From positions 1 through 56,475 of the forward strand of contig JACCXJ010000080.1 in NCBI GenBank assembly GCA_013697045.1: 56,475 bases of DNA, written 5' to 3'. A model generated the notes under the pieces. That model saw only the letters and a program-made list of their open reading frames with translations, made no database searches and was not told where the DNA came from. The translations under genes were made by a program, and so were the position numbers. Each line of letters starts with the position of its first letter. Positions within the stretch are counted from its first letter, which is position 1. Origin of the DNA: Gammaproteobacteria bacterium (GTDB taxonomy: Bacteria > Pseudomonadota > Gammaproteobacteria > JACCXJ01). Of the stretch, positions 1-9,028 are shown piece after piece.

Positions 1-1
1 T

Positions 2-277
2 GCCGTGAAGGCGGGCAGTCGCGTCCTCATCAACACCACGCCCGAGCCCTTCACCAACTGGGCCGCCTCCCTCTCGGAAGACCTCCTGGTCATCGGAGGG
101 CTTTGGACCGCACTCCACCACCCGTCAGTGTTTCTCGCCGGCCTGGTGCTGTTTCTGCTGGTCTCTGCCTGGCTCCTGCCCCGCATCTTTTGGGGGATCA
201 AGCGGGTCTTCCAGTCGATCGCTACCTTCTTCGGCCGCCGCGCGCCGAGGGATGCGGGCAGCCCGCCGGGCGGCTAG
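2..277 (+). CDS. DUF4126-like membrane protein, 3' part (5' end outside window)
   Basis: Frame is open from the window edge. INTTPEPFTNWAASLSEDLLVIGGLWTAL plus a terminal hydrophobic helix resembles DUF4126 C-termini. Stop at 275-277. Confidence 0.5.
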   Translation, partial: AVKAGSRVLINTTPEPFTNWAASLSEDLLVIGGLWTALHHPSVFLAGLVLFLLVSAWLLPRIFWGIKRVFQSIATFFGRRAPRDAGSPPGG

Positions 278-303
278 ACCCCATATTTGATTATATTGGG
301 GTC

Positions 304-726
304 ATGTTGTGGACCAAGGCCTTCCATATCATCTTCATGGTGACGTGGTTCGCCGGCCTCTTCTACCTCCCGCGCCTCTTCGTCTACCACGCGCTCGCCG
401 CGGATCGGGTCAGCACCGAGCGCTTCGAGGTCATGGAGCGCAAGCTGTACTTCGGGATCACCACCCCAGGGGCCGTCTTGACCGTGCTGTTCGGGCTCTG
501 GACCCTGGCCTACGACCTGGAGCACTACCTCGAAGCGGGTTGGCTGCACGCGAAGCTCGCGCTGGTCGCCATCCTGATCGGGTATCACGTGTATCTCGGT
601 CGGCTGCTGGTCCTGTTTCGCCACGACCGGAACCCGCATGGCCACGTATTCTATCGCTGGCTCAACGAGGTCCCGGTCTTGATCCTGGTCGGCGTGGTGG
701 TACTCGCGGTCGTCAAGCCCTTCTAG
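304..726 (+). CDS. hemJ: protoporphyrinogen IX oxidase HemJ (UPF0093 family)
   Basis: ATG at 304 inside ORF 103..726. MLWTKAFHIIFMVTWFAGLFYLPRLFVYH, about 141 aa, four hydrophobic helices typical of HemJ. Confidence 0.85.
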   Translation: MLWTKAFHIIFMVTWFAGLFYLPRLFVYHALAADRVSTERFEVMERKLYFGITTPGAVLTVLFGLWTLAYDLEHYLEAGWLHAKLALVAILIGYHVYLGRLLVLFRHDRNPHGHVFYRWLNEVPVLILVGVVVLAVVKPF

Positions 727-731
727 CTTGT

Positions 732-921
732 CAGAGTTTGTGAAAAAACCGTCGCGAGCGAAGGGAGGTCGCGTTCCGCCGGAGCGCAACCGGAGTGTAT
801 GTTGAAATACATGAGGATTCCGAGCACCGCCGGGAAGCCAGGGCCAGGGAGCGGCCCTGTTTGGCGCGCCGAGGACGCAGCGCGAGATCCCGAGCGCAGT
901 AGGTTTTTTCACAACTCTCAG
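732..921. repeat. MITE-like element, longest copy (190 bp) of the GTGAAAAAACC-terminus family
   Basis: Left end CAGAGTTTGTGAAAAAACC (732-750) is the inverted complement of right end GGTTTTTTCACAACTCTCAG (902-921). Internal 23-nt module GTCGCGAGCGAAGGGAGGTCGCG recurs at 32178-32200. The right end recurs exactly at 22548-22567. Confidence 0.8.
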
Positions 922-1829
922 TGCGCCGGCAGGGGGCGCAGGAACGTCAGCGGCAACTCGACCTCGTCGCGATAATCCACCAGTTCCCAGGCGCTCTTGT
1001 CCGCCAGGAGCCGCCGCAGCAGGCGGTTGTTCAAGGCATGCCCGGACTTGTGGCCGCGAAACGCCCCGATCAGGCCGTGGCCCAGGAGATACAGGTCGCC
1101 GATGGCGTCCAGGATCTTGTGCCGGACGAACTCGTCCTCGTAGCGGAGCCCGTCTTCGTTGAGCACCCGGTAATCATCGATGACCACGGCGTTCTGCAGG
1201 CTGCCGCCGAGTGCCAGGTCCTTCTCCCTCAGCATCTCGATTTCCTTGAGGAAGCCGAAGGTGCGTGCCCGGCTGACCTCTTTCACGAAGGAAGTCGTGG
1301 AGAAATCCACTTCGGCGAACTTGATGGTCTCGTCGAACAAGGGGTGGTCGAAATCGATCGAGAACGACACCTTGAAGCCGTCGAAGGGCTCGAGTCTGGC
1401 CCATTTGTCGCCGTCCTCGACGGCCACCGGGCGCTTGATGCGCACGAACTGCTTGGGGGCCGACTGCTCCTCGATGCCGGCCGACTGGATAAGGAACACG
1501 AACGGACCGGCGCTGCCGTCCATGATCGGCACCTCGGGGGCGCTGACATCGACATAGGCATTGTCGATCCCGAGACCCGCGAAGGCCGACAGCAGGTGCT
1601 CGACGGTCGCGATGCGCACCTCGCCCCTGGCGAGGGTGGTGGAGAGCCGCGTGTCGCCGACGTTCTCGGCGCGCGCCGGGATCTCGACCGCGGGTGTCAC
1701 ATCGACGCGACGGAACACGATGCCGCTGTGGGCCGGCGCCGGACGCAAGGTGACCAGCACCTTCTTCCCCGAGTGCAGCCCTACCCCCGTGGCCTTGATG
1801 CAGTTCTTGAGCGTGCGTTGTTTGATCAT
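918..1829 (-). CDS. lpxC: UDP-3-O-acyl-N-acetylglucosamine deacetylase
   Basis: [24 protein letters not shown] ... [15 protein letters not shown]. Start taken at Met19 of ORF 918..1883. The stop TGA (920-918) lies inside the terminal repeat of the 732-921 element. Confidence 0.95.
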   Translation of the reverse strand: MIKQRTLKNCIKATGVGLHSGKKVLVTLRPAPAHSGIVFRRVDVTPAVEIPARAENVGDTRLSTTLARGEVRIATVEHLLSAFAGLGIDNAYVDVSAPEVPIMDGSAGPFVFLIQSAGIEEQSAPKQFVRIKRPVAVEDGDKWARLEPFDGFKVSFSIDFDHPLFDETIKFAEVDFSTTSFVKEVSRARTFGFLKEIEMLREKDLALGGSLQNAVVIDDYRVLNEDGLRYEDEFVRHKILDAIGDLYLLGHGLIGAFRGHKSGHALNNRLLRRLLADKSAWELVDYRDEVELPLTFLRPLPAH

Positions 1830-2066
1830 GCCCCCCCTCCCGAGTTGCAGTAGCACAACAGACTCTAACCGAACAGGCATCATAATACAACAGCTTTATC
1901 GGCAGCGGAAGCCTCGGGGTTGCGTCGAGTGCAAGGGGAGCCCGACAGCCGGTGGCTTGGTTCGGAGAGATCGCTAGTCGTAGTCGATGGAATCCCCTCA
2001 TCGACCAGTTCCAGGCCCTGCGCACGCGGGGTCCCGTAGAGCGCGGAGCGTTCACTGTGCCGCAAC

Positions 2067-2094
2067 AAAAAAAGCCCCACCGCGAGGGTGGGGC
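2067..2094 (-). terminator. intrinsic terminator after the porin gene
   Basis: Minus strand reads GCCCCACC-CTCGC-GGTGGGGC followed by TTTTTTTGTT, about 40 nt downstream of the porin stop. Confidence 0.8.
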
Positions 2095-2134
2095 CAAGGT
2101 TTGGGGGAAGCGGTTTGCCGATCGATTGCGAGGA

Positions 2135-3538
2135 CTACCAGTAGGCCTGGGCGCGGAGCAGGAAGGCTTCGGGCTCGGCACCGTCGAAATCGCCGCCCTC
2201 GAGGTCCAGGACCCTCACGTAGTTGGCCATGAACCTGAAGTTGGGGGTCGGATACCAGTTGAGCCCTACGGTGACGTTATCCTCCTCGCCACCGTCCACG
2301 TCCTCGTCGCTGAGATCCAGGGTGCTGTAGCGCGCCAGAAGCTCCCAGGCCCCGATGCCCCCCTTGCCGACTATGCCCTTCGGTTTCGGGTTCTTGAACC
2401 TCGCTTCCTCGAACACATATTGGCGGGATTCGCCCGTGAGGACCCAGCTTCCCATGACGTACCAGCCATGGAAACCGACATCGGGGTTCCCGGCGACGTT
2501 CCGATTGACGTCGCCGCGCAGGTACTCGCCCTGGAGCGAGAAGGGCCCATAGACCCCGGCGCCCTCCAGCCCATAGCGGTTCACGTCCGCGGCATCGAGA
2601 TCGCCCGTATCTACCAGACGGTCGGCGCCGATCCGCGCTTCGGGCCGTGAGCGGATCCGCACCGTATGAGCATCGCCGGGGTTCAGCCAGGAACCGGCGA
2701 CCCCGAGGTGGAAGGCGCGATTCTCCGTATGCCAGGGCGAAAGAGTGAGGCGCCCGACGAAGGTGATCGGATCGGACTCGTCGTCCGCGCCGGTTTCCCC
2801 GGCGGCGTTCCTGCCGAAGATCCCCCCCGAGGCCGTCCAGACATTGTGGCCAAAGGTGTTTAGCCCCACGCCGAGTCGGCGTCCGTCGCTGCCCCCGCCG
2901 ATATCGTTGAACGTCCGGGAGGGCAAGGCCCGCTCGATGAAGCTGATGTCGTTGGAGCTCGTGATGCTCTCGAGCCCGAGGTACTCCTTGAACTGGCCCA
3001 CGGTGATAGAAAGGGGCCACCCCTCCGTGTGGAGATAGCGGAGATAGGCATCCCGTATACCTTCATCGACATCAGCGGCGCCCGCAAAGTCGTATTCGAG
3101 CTTGAGCTGCCAATAGCGATACAAGGTGGCCTCAATCGCCAAACGGGCGCGGCGGATGTCGGCACCGCTGGTGAGGGTCGTGGTGTCGCCGGTCCCGGTA
3201 TCGTTGCTGTAGAACGCCGCATCCGTGTGGAGACGCCCGCCGATTCTCCACTTGAAGGCCCCATCGGGGGTCGAGATCTCCAGTTTCTCCTTGGTCTCGA
3301 CCTTGGGCAGGGTCTCGGCAGCCTGCTTGATCTCCGACTGACCGGCCGTGTTTTGTTCGTCATCGCCCTGGGCCGCACTTTTGAGCTGTTCATAGGCCTC
3401 CGAGGTGATCGTGCCCTGGTCTTTCAGTACCTTGAGCAACTCGATCATGGCGTCGTTGGCGGCCCGGGCGCCCGGCGTGCAGAGCGCGCCGGCGACGGCG
3501 AGCGCCGTGCCTAGTTGCGTGATGCGTCTGTGATTCAC
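2135..3538 (-). CDS. phosphate-selective porin, OprO/OprP family
   Basis: GTG at 3538 preceded by GGGAGG. Signal peptide VNHRRITQLGTALAVAGALCTPGARA, N-terminal ELLKVLKDQGTITSEAYEQL segment, beta-rich body ending AQAYW. Divergent from phoBR with a Pho-box-like promoter. Confidence 0.8.
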   Translation of the reverse strand: MNHRRITQLGTALAVAGALCTPGARAANDAMIELLKVLKDQGTITSEAYEQLKSAAQGDDEQNTAGQSEIKQAAETLPKVETKEKLEISTPDGAFKWRIGGRLHTDAAFYSNDTGTGDTTTLTSGADIRRARLAIEATLYRYWQLKLEYDFAGAADVDEGIRDAYLRYLHTEGWPLSITVGQFKEYLGLESITSSNDISFIERALPSRTFNDIGGGSDGRRLGVGLNTFGHNVWTASGGIFGRNAAGETGADDESDPITFVGRLTLSPWHTENRAFHLGVAGSWLNPGDAHTVRIRSRPEARIGADRLVDTGDLDAADVNRYGLEGAGVYGPFSLQGEYLRGDVNRNVAGNPDVGFHGWYVMGSWVLTGESRQYVFEEARFKNPKPKGIVGKGGIGAWELLARYSTLDLSDEDVDGGEEDNVTVGLNWYPTPNFRFMANYVRVLDLEGGDFDGAEPEAFLLRAQAYW

Positions 3539-3805
3539 AAAGAGCCCTCCCAAATCGATTGCGTGATGTGCGCCCGGGCCCATGAGAGATCCCCGGCCGC
3601 GTGCGTTATTTCCTCCGGCGAGCTCCCTTGCGAGCTCGCTCTTGGCCCTCCCGCGACGCGACGCGTCAGCGGGTCCATGAGCCGGGTGGATGACCGGCTG
3701 GGCACAGCTAGCGTTTCCCGTTGTAGGAAACCTACACTTGCGGTTCCCGTGGGTTGTGCTCGCCACCTACTTGCTTGCAAGGCGTGGCGGGGAAACGACG
3801 GGAAG

Positions 3806-3848
3806 GCTATAGCCGCATCATTGCCATTCGATGACGGCCTCGTTACAG
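3806..3848 (-). promoter_or_regulatory. candidate Pho box plus -10 for the porin gene
   Basis: Minus strand CTGTAAC-gagg-CCGTCAT-cgaa-TGGCAAT (11-bp periodicity), then 8 nt, then TATAGC. Confidence 0.55.
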
Positions 3849-3902
3849 TTCCGTGAATTCGGCGCGGGCCCGCGCGCCCGGAAGCGCTCGTGTGTCCGGT
3901 TC

Positions 3903-3935
3903 CGTCACACCGCTGTCACACGACTGACCTCTAAT
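3903..3935 (+). promoter_or_regulatory. candidate Pho box plus -10 for phoBR
   Basis: CGTCACA-ccg-CTGTCACA-cga-CTGACCT with 11-bp phasing (GTCAC at 3904 and 3915), followed by TCTAAT. GAGAGG Shine-Dalgarno 8 nt before the ATG at 3968. Confidence 0.6.
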
Positions 3936-3967
3936 GGCCGGCCTGACCCGCTCCTGAGAGGCTGCTC

Positions 3968-4657
3968 ATGACCGAAAAGATCCTCATCGTCGACGACGAG
4001 CCGGGGCTCAGGCAGATGCTGGGCTTCGCCTTGACGGGCGCCGGCTTCGCGTGTTCCGAGGTGGCAGATGCCGAGAAGGCCGAGCTGGCCATCGCCAGGG
4101 AGACACCGGACCTCGTGCTCCTCGATTGGATGCTCCCTGGTGTCAGCGGCGTGGATCTGGCGCGCCGGCTCAAGCGCGATGCGCGCACGCGGGTCTTGCC
4201 CATCATCATGCTCACGGCCCGTGGGGAGGAGGGCGACAAGGTCCGGGCCCTGGAGGTCGGCGCCGACGACTACGTCACCAAGCCGTTCTCGACCCGCGAG
4301 CTGGTCGCACGCATCAAGGCCGTCCTGCGCCGCAGCGCGCAGGAGCAGGTGGAGGGCGAGGCCATCGAGATCGACGGCCTGCGCATCGATACCAAGACCC
4401 ACCGTGTCCTGGCGCGTGGCGTCCCGCTGCCGTTGAGTCCCACGGAATTCCGCCTCCTGCATTTCTTCATCGCGCACCCGGAGCGCGTGTACACCCGCAG
4501 CCAACTCCTCGATCAGGTGTGGGGCAGCAACGTGTATATCGAGGAACGCACCGTGGACGTACACATCCGGCGACTGCGGAAGACCCTGGCGCCCTACCGA
4601 TACGATCAGATGATCCAGACCGTGCGCAGCGTCGGTTATCGCTTCTCCAATCAGTAA
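3968..4657 (+). CDS. phoB: phosphate regulon response regulator PhoB
   Basis: MTEKILIVDDEPGLRQML ... DLVLLDWMLPGVSG ... winged-helix C-terminus YRFS. Followed by phoR. Confidence 0.95.
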   Translation: MTEKILIVDDEPGLRQMLGFALTGAGFACSEVADAEKAELAIARETPDLVLLDWMLPGVSGVDLARRLKRDARTRVLPIIMLTARGEEGDKVRALEVGADDYVTKPFSTRELVARIKAVLRRSAQEQVEGEAIEIDGLRIDTKTHRVLARGVPLPLSPTEFRLLHFFIAHPERVYTRSQLLDQVWGSNVYIEERTVDVHIRRLRKTLAPYRYDQMIQTVRSVGYRFSNQ

Positions 4658-4681
4658 AGGACCTCGCGCTCCGGGGCACCG

Positions 4682-6010
4682 GTGAGGATGCGTCGAGACG
4701 TCTGGCGATTCCTGGGGCTGTCGGGCGCCGCCGCACTCGCGGGGGCCGCCGTGGGTCATGTGTTCCTCGGGCTATGGGCGGGCGCGCTCCTTTACTGCTA
4801 CTGGCAATGGCGCAACCTCGTCCGACTCTCGCCCTGGATCCGGCATCGCCGACGGGTCGAGGCGCCGGACGCGCCCGGGGTGTTCCAAGAGGTGTGCCGC
4901 AGCATCGACTGGCTGCGTAACCGCGAGAAGCGGCGCAAGAAGCAGCTCGCCACCTACCTCAAGCGGTTCCGGCAGGCCACCGCCGCGCTGTGTGACGCCG
5001 CGCTGGTGCTCGGTCCCGATGACGAGATCCAGTGGGCCAACGATGCCGCGGCGGAGCACCTCGGCGTGCGCTGGCCCCAGGACGCGCGCCAGCGGATCAC
5101 CAACCTGGTTCGCGAGCCGGCCCTCTATGAGCTGTTCAAGCGCAACAAGGAGCGCCGCGAGCTGCGCAGCTTGGAGCTACCTTCGCCGGTGAAACCCGAG
5201 GGCTTTCTCAGCATCGACGTGATGCCCTTCGGCGAAGCCCAGACGCTCATGATGGCCCGCGACATCAGCCGGCTCTATCACGCCAATCAGATCCGTCGCG
5301 ACTTCGTTGCCAATGTCTCGCACGAGCTCCGGACCCCGGTGACGGTGATCCGCGGTTATCTCGAGGCCCTGGCAGGGGACCGCGCCCGCTGCCCGGCCGT
5401 CTGGACCCCGGTGATCGCCCAACTCGAGTCCCAGACCCAGCGCATGCAGCGCATCATCGAAGACCTGCTGTATCTGTCGAGGCTCGAGCAGGACGACGGG
5501 GTCGCGCGGCCGGAGCCCGTCTGCGTCGCGGATCTCCTGTCCGAGATCTACCAGGAGGCCCAGACGGTGGAAGGCGGCGTGCGCCACCTCTACGCCCTGG
5601 AGATGGACGCGACGCTTTGTATCCTGGGGGCCCAGAGCGAGCTTTACAGTGCGTTCTCGAACCTCGTGGTCAATGCCGTGCGCTATACCGGTGAGGGAGG
5701 CGTGATCCGCATCCGCTGGTACCGGGATGCCGAGGGCGCCCACCTGGCCATCTCCGATACCGGGATCGGCATCCCGGCCCACCACATCCCGAGGCTCAGC
5801 GAGCGTTTCTATCGCGTGGACCAGGGCCGCTCGCGCGACAGCGGCGGCACCGGGCTCGGGCTCGCCATTGTCAAGCATGTGCTCAAGCGCCACCGCGCGC
5901 AGCTCTACATCGAGAGCACGCTCGGCAAGGGCAGCCTGTTCCGCTGCGACTTTCCCCCGGAGATGATCATCACAGAGGAGCGCGCGGCCGATCTCAGCCA
6001 CAGCGCCTAG
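4682..6010 (+). CDS. phoR: phosphate regulon sensor histidine kinase PhoR
   Basis: N-terminal TM helices, PAS-like segment, H-box FVANVSHELRTPVTVIRGYLE, G-boxes DTGIGIP and GGTGLGLAIVKHV. GTG 4682 or ATG 4688 start. Confidence 0.9.
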   Translation: MRMRRDVWRFLGLSGAAALAGAAVGHVFLGLWAGALLYCYWQWRNLVRLSPWIRHRRRVEAPDAPGVFQEVCRSIDWLRNREKRRKKQLATYLKRFRQATAALCDAALVLGPDDEIQWANDAAAEHLGVRWPQDARQRITNLVREPALYELFKRNKERRELRSLELPSPVKPEGFLSIDVMPFGEAQTLMMARDISRLYHANQIRRDFVANVSHELRTPVTVIRGYLEALAGDRARCPAVWTPVIAQLESQTQRMQRIIEDLLYLSRLEQDDGVARPEPVCVADLLSEIYQEAQTVEGGVRHLYALEMDATLCILGAQSELYSAFSNLVVNAVRYTGEGGVIRIRWYRDAEGAHLAISDTGIGIPAHHIPRLSERFYRVDQGRSRDSGGTGLGLAIVKHVLKRHRAQLYIESTLGKGSLFRCDFPPEMIITEERAADLSHSA

Positions 6011-6406
6011 CCCGAGGGGTAGGAGCTTCACGTCCACCCCGGGGCGTGCTACGCCCATCGCCGGCCTTCCCGTGATCGCCTCGCGTCACGCGAGAGACGG
6101 TCATAACGGTTGGCACCATGGTGAGCACATGGTCGAAGACGTGGCGCCGGTAAGCTCCGCGTCATCGTGGATCGCGTCTACCCTCTGCCATCGCGAGTAG
6201 GTCCACCATTGGGCTCTGGTGACGGGTACTCGACCGGCGCTGTTGTTCTTGTATGGGTGTCGTTTGGCAAGCGGCAATCTATAAGCTCGAATAAACAAAT
6301 AACCCCGCCGCGCTGTCTGAAGGCTCGGATCAACCACGTTCGCAACCATGCAGGCTCGTTACAGCACATTACGCAGGCCGGGACGCCGTCGCCAGCGGGG
6401 CGGTTC

Positions 6407-7450
6407 ATGAACCACTGGTCAGTAGTACGTCTGGTGCGCATGCTGCCGGGGCCGAAGCCGCACAACCCGTACTTCGACGCGGCGAAGCGCCATCACACGC
6501 CGGTTGGCTTCCGCAACAATCATCCCCGTGTCCCGCCCACGCAGGAGGAGTTGGCACGCCTGCGACGCGATCTCGGAGCGAAGGCGCCGGCCAGCGCGCC
6601 GCAGGTCGACCTCTCGCCGGTGGCGCCGGATCTGGCGCTGCTGCAGGCCAACCCCACGCGGCACGCGGTCACCTGGATCGGGCATTCCACCGTGTTGGTG
6701 CAGACAGGCGGGCGCAACCTCATCACCGATCCGATGTTCTCGCGGCGCGCTTCGCCCCTGCCCTTTACCGGCCCGCGGCGCCACCAGTCACCCGGCATCG
6801 CGCTGCGCGATCTGCCACCCATCGATCTGGCCCTGATCTCCCACAACCACTACGATCACCTCGACCTGCCCAGCGTGCGGGCGCTTGCGCGCCAGCGCGG
6901 CGCACCGCCCAGCTTCGCCGTGCCGCTGGGGCTGGAGCGCTGGTTCCGCCGCCGGCTTCCCGATGCGAACGTCGTGGCGCTCGACTGGTGGGAGAGCCGC
7001 GTGGTGGCGGACGTGATGGTGACCTTGGTGCCGGTGCACCACTGGAGCGCGCGCACCCCTTGGGACGGCAACAGCAACCTGTGGGGCGGTTGGGCTGCGG
7101 AGCGCGCGGGCTTCCGTTTCTTCTTCTCCGGCGATACCGCCTACTCGCAGGATTTTCCCGAGGTCGGCCGCCGGCTCGGGCCGTTCGACCTCGCCGCCAT
7201 CGCCATCGGCCACTACGAGCCGCGTTGGTTCATGCGCAACAATCACATCAATCCGGAGGAGGCTGTGCGTATCCACGGCGAGATCGGCGCGCGCCGCTCG
7301 TTGGGCATCCATTGGGGGACGTTTGAGGGCCTGACGCCCGAGCCCCTGGACCAGCCGCTGCGCGATCTTGCCGCGGCCCGGCTGGCCCGAGGTTTGGCGG
7401 AGGAGGAGTTTTTCGTCCTGCGGCACGGGCAGACCCGTGTGATCGAATGA
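6407..7450 (+). CDS. MBL-fold metallo-hydrolase (NAPE-PLD-like)
   Basis: ATG 6407 inside ORF 6167..7450. HSTVLVQTGGRNLITDP ... ISHNHYDHLD metal-binding motif. Confidence 0.8.
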   Translation: MNHWSVVRLVRMLPGPKPHNPYFDAAKRHHTPVGFRNNHPRVPPTQEELARLRRDLGAKAPASAPQVDLSPVAPDLALLQANPTRHAVTWIGHSTVLVQTGGRNLITDPMFSRRASPLPFTGPRRHQSPGIALRDLPPIDLALISHNHYDHLDLPSVRALARQRGAPPSFAVPLGLERWFRRRLPDANVVALDWWESRVVADVMVTLVPVHHWSARTPWDGNSNLWGGWAAERAGFRFFFSGDTAYSQDFPEVGRRLGPFDLAAIAIGHYEPRWFMRNNHINPEEAVRIHGEIGARRSLGIHWGTFEGLTPEPLDQPLRDLAAARLARGLAEEEFFVLRHGQTRVIE

Positions 7451-7500
7451 TCGGGGATACGGCCGTGGCTTCTCCTGTTTCTTGGGCCGCGCGTGGGGCT

Positions 7501-7635
7501 TCCGTTATCGATTTCCTCCACACCGACATATTCACCGACACAGACGATGGAGACGTTGACCCATGTGCTTGGCGACCCTGACCGGCGATTGAAGAACGGG
7601 GAGCTCAGCCCCACCTTAGTCGTGTGAAACGGCAT
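7501..7635 (-). pseudogene. fragment of an IS481/rve-type DDE transposase C-terminus
   Basis: WVNVSIVCVGEYVGVEEIDNG resembles the conserved ...VS..LAGEYVGLEEIDDG... tail of IS481-like integrase-core transposases. No catalytic part is present. Confidence 0.4.
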
Positions 7636-7658
7636 CTTTTACGCTCGGCGAGCACGCG

Positions 7659-8109
7659 ATGAAACGTTTCTCGGTCGTAACACCGCTGCAATCGGCAAAC
7701 GATGCCCCCGAGTCGGCAGATCCGTCGGCTCGCATTCCCGGGCCGCCGGTGACGGGTGCGCATGCGGACGACGCTCTGCACGACGCCTACTCACGCACAG
7801 TGAGCCGAGTGGCGCGACTGGCACGACATTGCGCCATTGCCGCGGCGCTGGGTGCGCGAGCACGACTGGCCGGTAGCCACGGGGCTGCGTGTGCAAGAGG
7901 TTGTGGCGGGCTCGGCTGCCGCGAATGCGGGACTGCGTGCGGGAGACTGGATCATCGGCGTGCAGGGCAAGCCCGTGTCGCAACTTTCCGATCTCTTGCA
8001 TTGGCTGGGTGGCAACGCCGCCGGTCAGGTGCTGCCATTGAAGATCCTGCGCCCGCGCGCCGGCATCCTCGAAGTCCTGCATGTGCTGGTGACGCCGACC
8101 GTCCACTGA
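7659..8109 (+). pseudogene. remnant of an HtrA/DegP-like serine protease (N-terminal stub plus PDZ domain, catalytic domain missing)
   Basis: Frame 0 gives ...DDALHDAYSRTVSRVA (HtrA-like N-terminus). Frame +1 ORF 7837..8109 gives a PDZ domain GLRVQEVVAGSAAANAGLRAGDWIIGVQGKPVSQLSDL. No His/Asp/Ser trypsin-fold segment lies between them. Confidence 0.5.
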
Positions 8110-8281
8110 ATTCACCGACGGTCGCCCTTGCGCCCCATCCAGCACCGTCGCTGTGGAAGAGGACAAGGTTGTCGTTTGGCACGTCATATTGCACAGCCTC
8201 GTACGTAACCAGATTTCTACCGTTGAATGGAAGGGCACAGATCCCTGCTACGGTCGGAAGCCTTCCGCAACAAAACGGCAT

Positions 8282-9028
8282 TCACGGCATGCCCGCCGAT
8301 ACGGCACGCGGTGCCAATAACGCAGACTCAACCAGAACATCGACGCCGCCCGCGAGTCGGATCGCACCCGCTGGCAGCTGCTCGCCGGCGCGCCAGCGTG
8401 TGACGGCACTGCGCTTGGCTTCGCCTTCGACCATGAACAGCACCTCGCGCGTGCGGCTCAACCGCGCCGCGCTGAGCGACACCCGCTGCGGCGGCGGCTT
8501 CGGCGCATCGAACACGGCCAGGGCATCCGGTGTGCTTGCTGCGACGCCCCAGTCGCGGCCGGGAAACAGACTGGCGGTGTGGCCGTCCTCGCCGAGGCCG
8601 AGCAGCACCAGGTCGAAATCGCCGACGCCGCGCAGCGTTTCCGCGTAGGCGAGCGCCGCCGCTCTCGCGCCGAGCTCGGCGGGAATCGCGTGCACCTGGT
8701 CTTGCGGAATCGGCGCGCGATTGAGCCAGGCATCGGCCGCCATCCGGCTGCTGCGCTCGGCGTCGTCCGCCGGCAGGCAGCGCTCGTCGCCGAAGTACAC
8801 CTGCCAGCGCGACCAGTCGGTGTCCGCAGTGCGCAGCATCTGGTAGATGCCGCGCGGCGTGTTGCCGCCGACGAGCACGATCAGGAACCGGCCGCGCCGT
8901 TCGATCGCGTGCGCGGCGGCGTCGAGGATGCGCCGGTACGCCATCTGCCGCAGCGCCGCGGCGTCGGCGACGCCGATCCAGCGCACGCTGCCGGGGCCGG
9001 CATCGTCCTGCGTGTCCGTAGCGCTCAT
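8282..9028 (-). CDS. pgl: 6-phosphogluconolactonase
   Basis: LVGGNTPRGIYQML ... LLGLGEDGHTASLFPG. The start overlaps the gnd stop (ATGA). Confidence 0.9.
   Translation of the reverse strand: MSATDTQDDAGPGSVRWIGVADAAALRQMAYRRILDAAAHAIERRGRFLIVLVGGNTPRGIYQMLRTADTDWSRWQVYFGDERCLPADDAERSSRMAADAWLNRAPIPQDQVHAIPAELGARAAALAYAETLRGVGDFDLVLLGLGEDGHTASLFPGRDWGVAASTPDALAVFDAPKPPPQRVSLSAARLSRTREVLFMVEGEAKRSAVTRWRAGEQLPAGAIRLAGGVDVLVESALLAPRAVSAGMP

Noticed and set aside
6011-6406. About 400-bp gap after phoR with a locally AT-richer patch (about 6230-6330) and small ORFs (6101..6349 minus; the 5' part of 6167..7450).
   Set aside because: No translation in any frame resembled a known family, and I found no clear repeats or hairpins. 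It may be a decayed remnant, but I cannot support any call.
7659-8648. 329-aa ORF spanning the scar region and running antisense into pgl.
   Set aside because: Only the first roughly 50 codons resemble anything (the HtrA-like N-terminus). The rest is low-complexity Ala/Arg/Ser sequence overlapping the well-supported pgl gene on the opposite strand.
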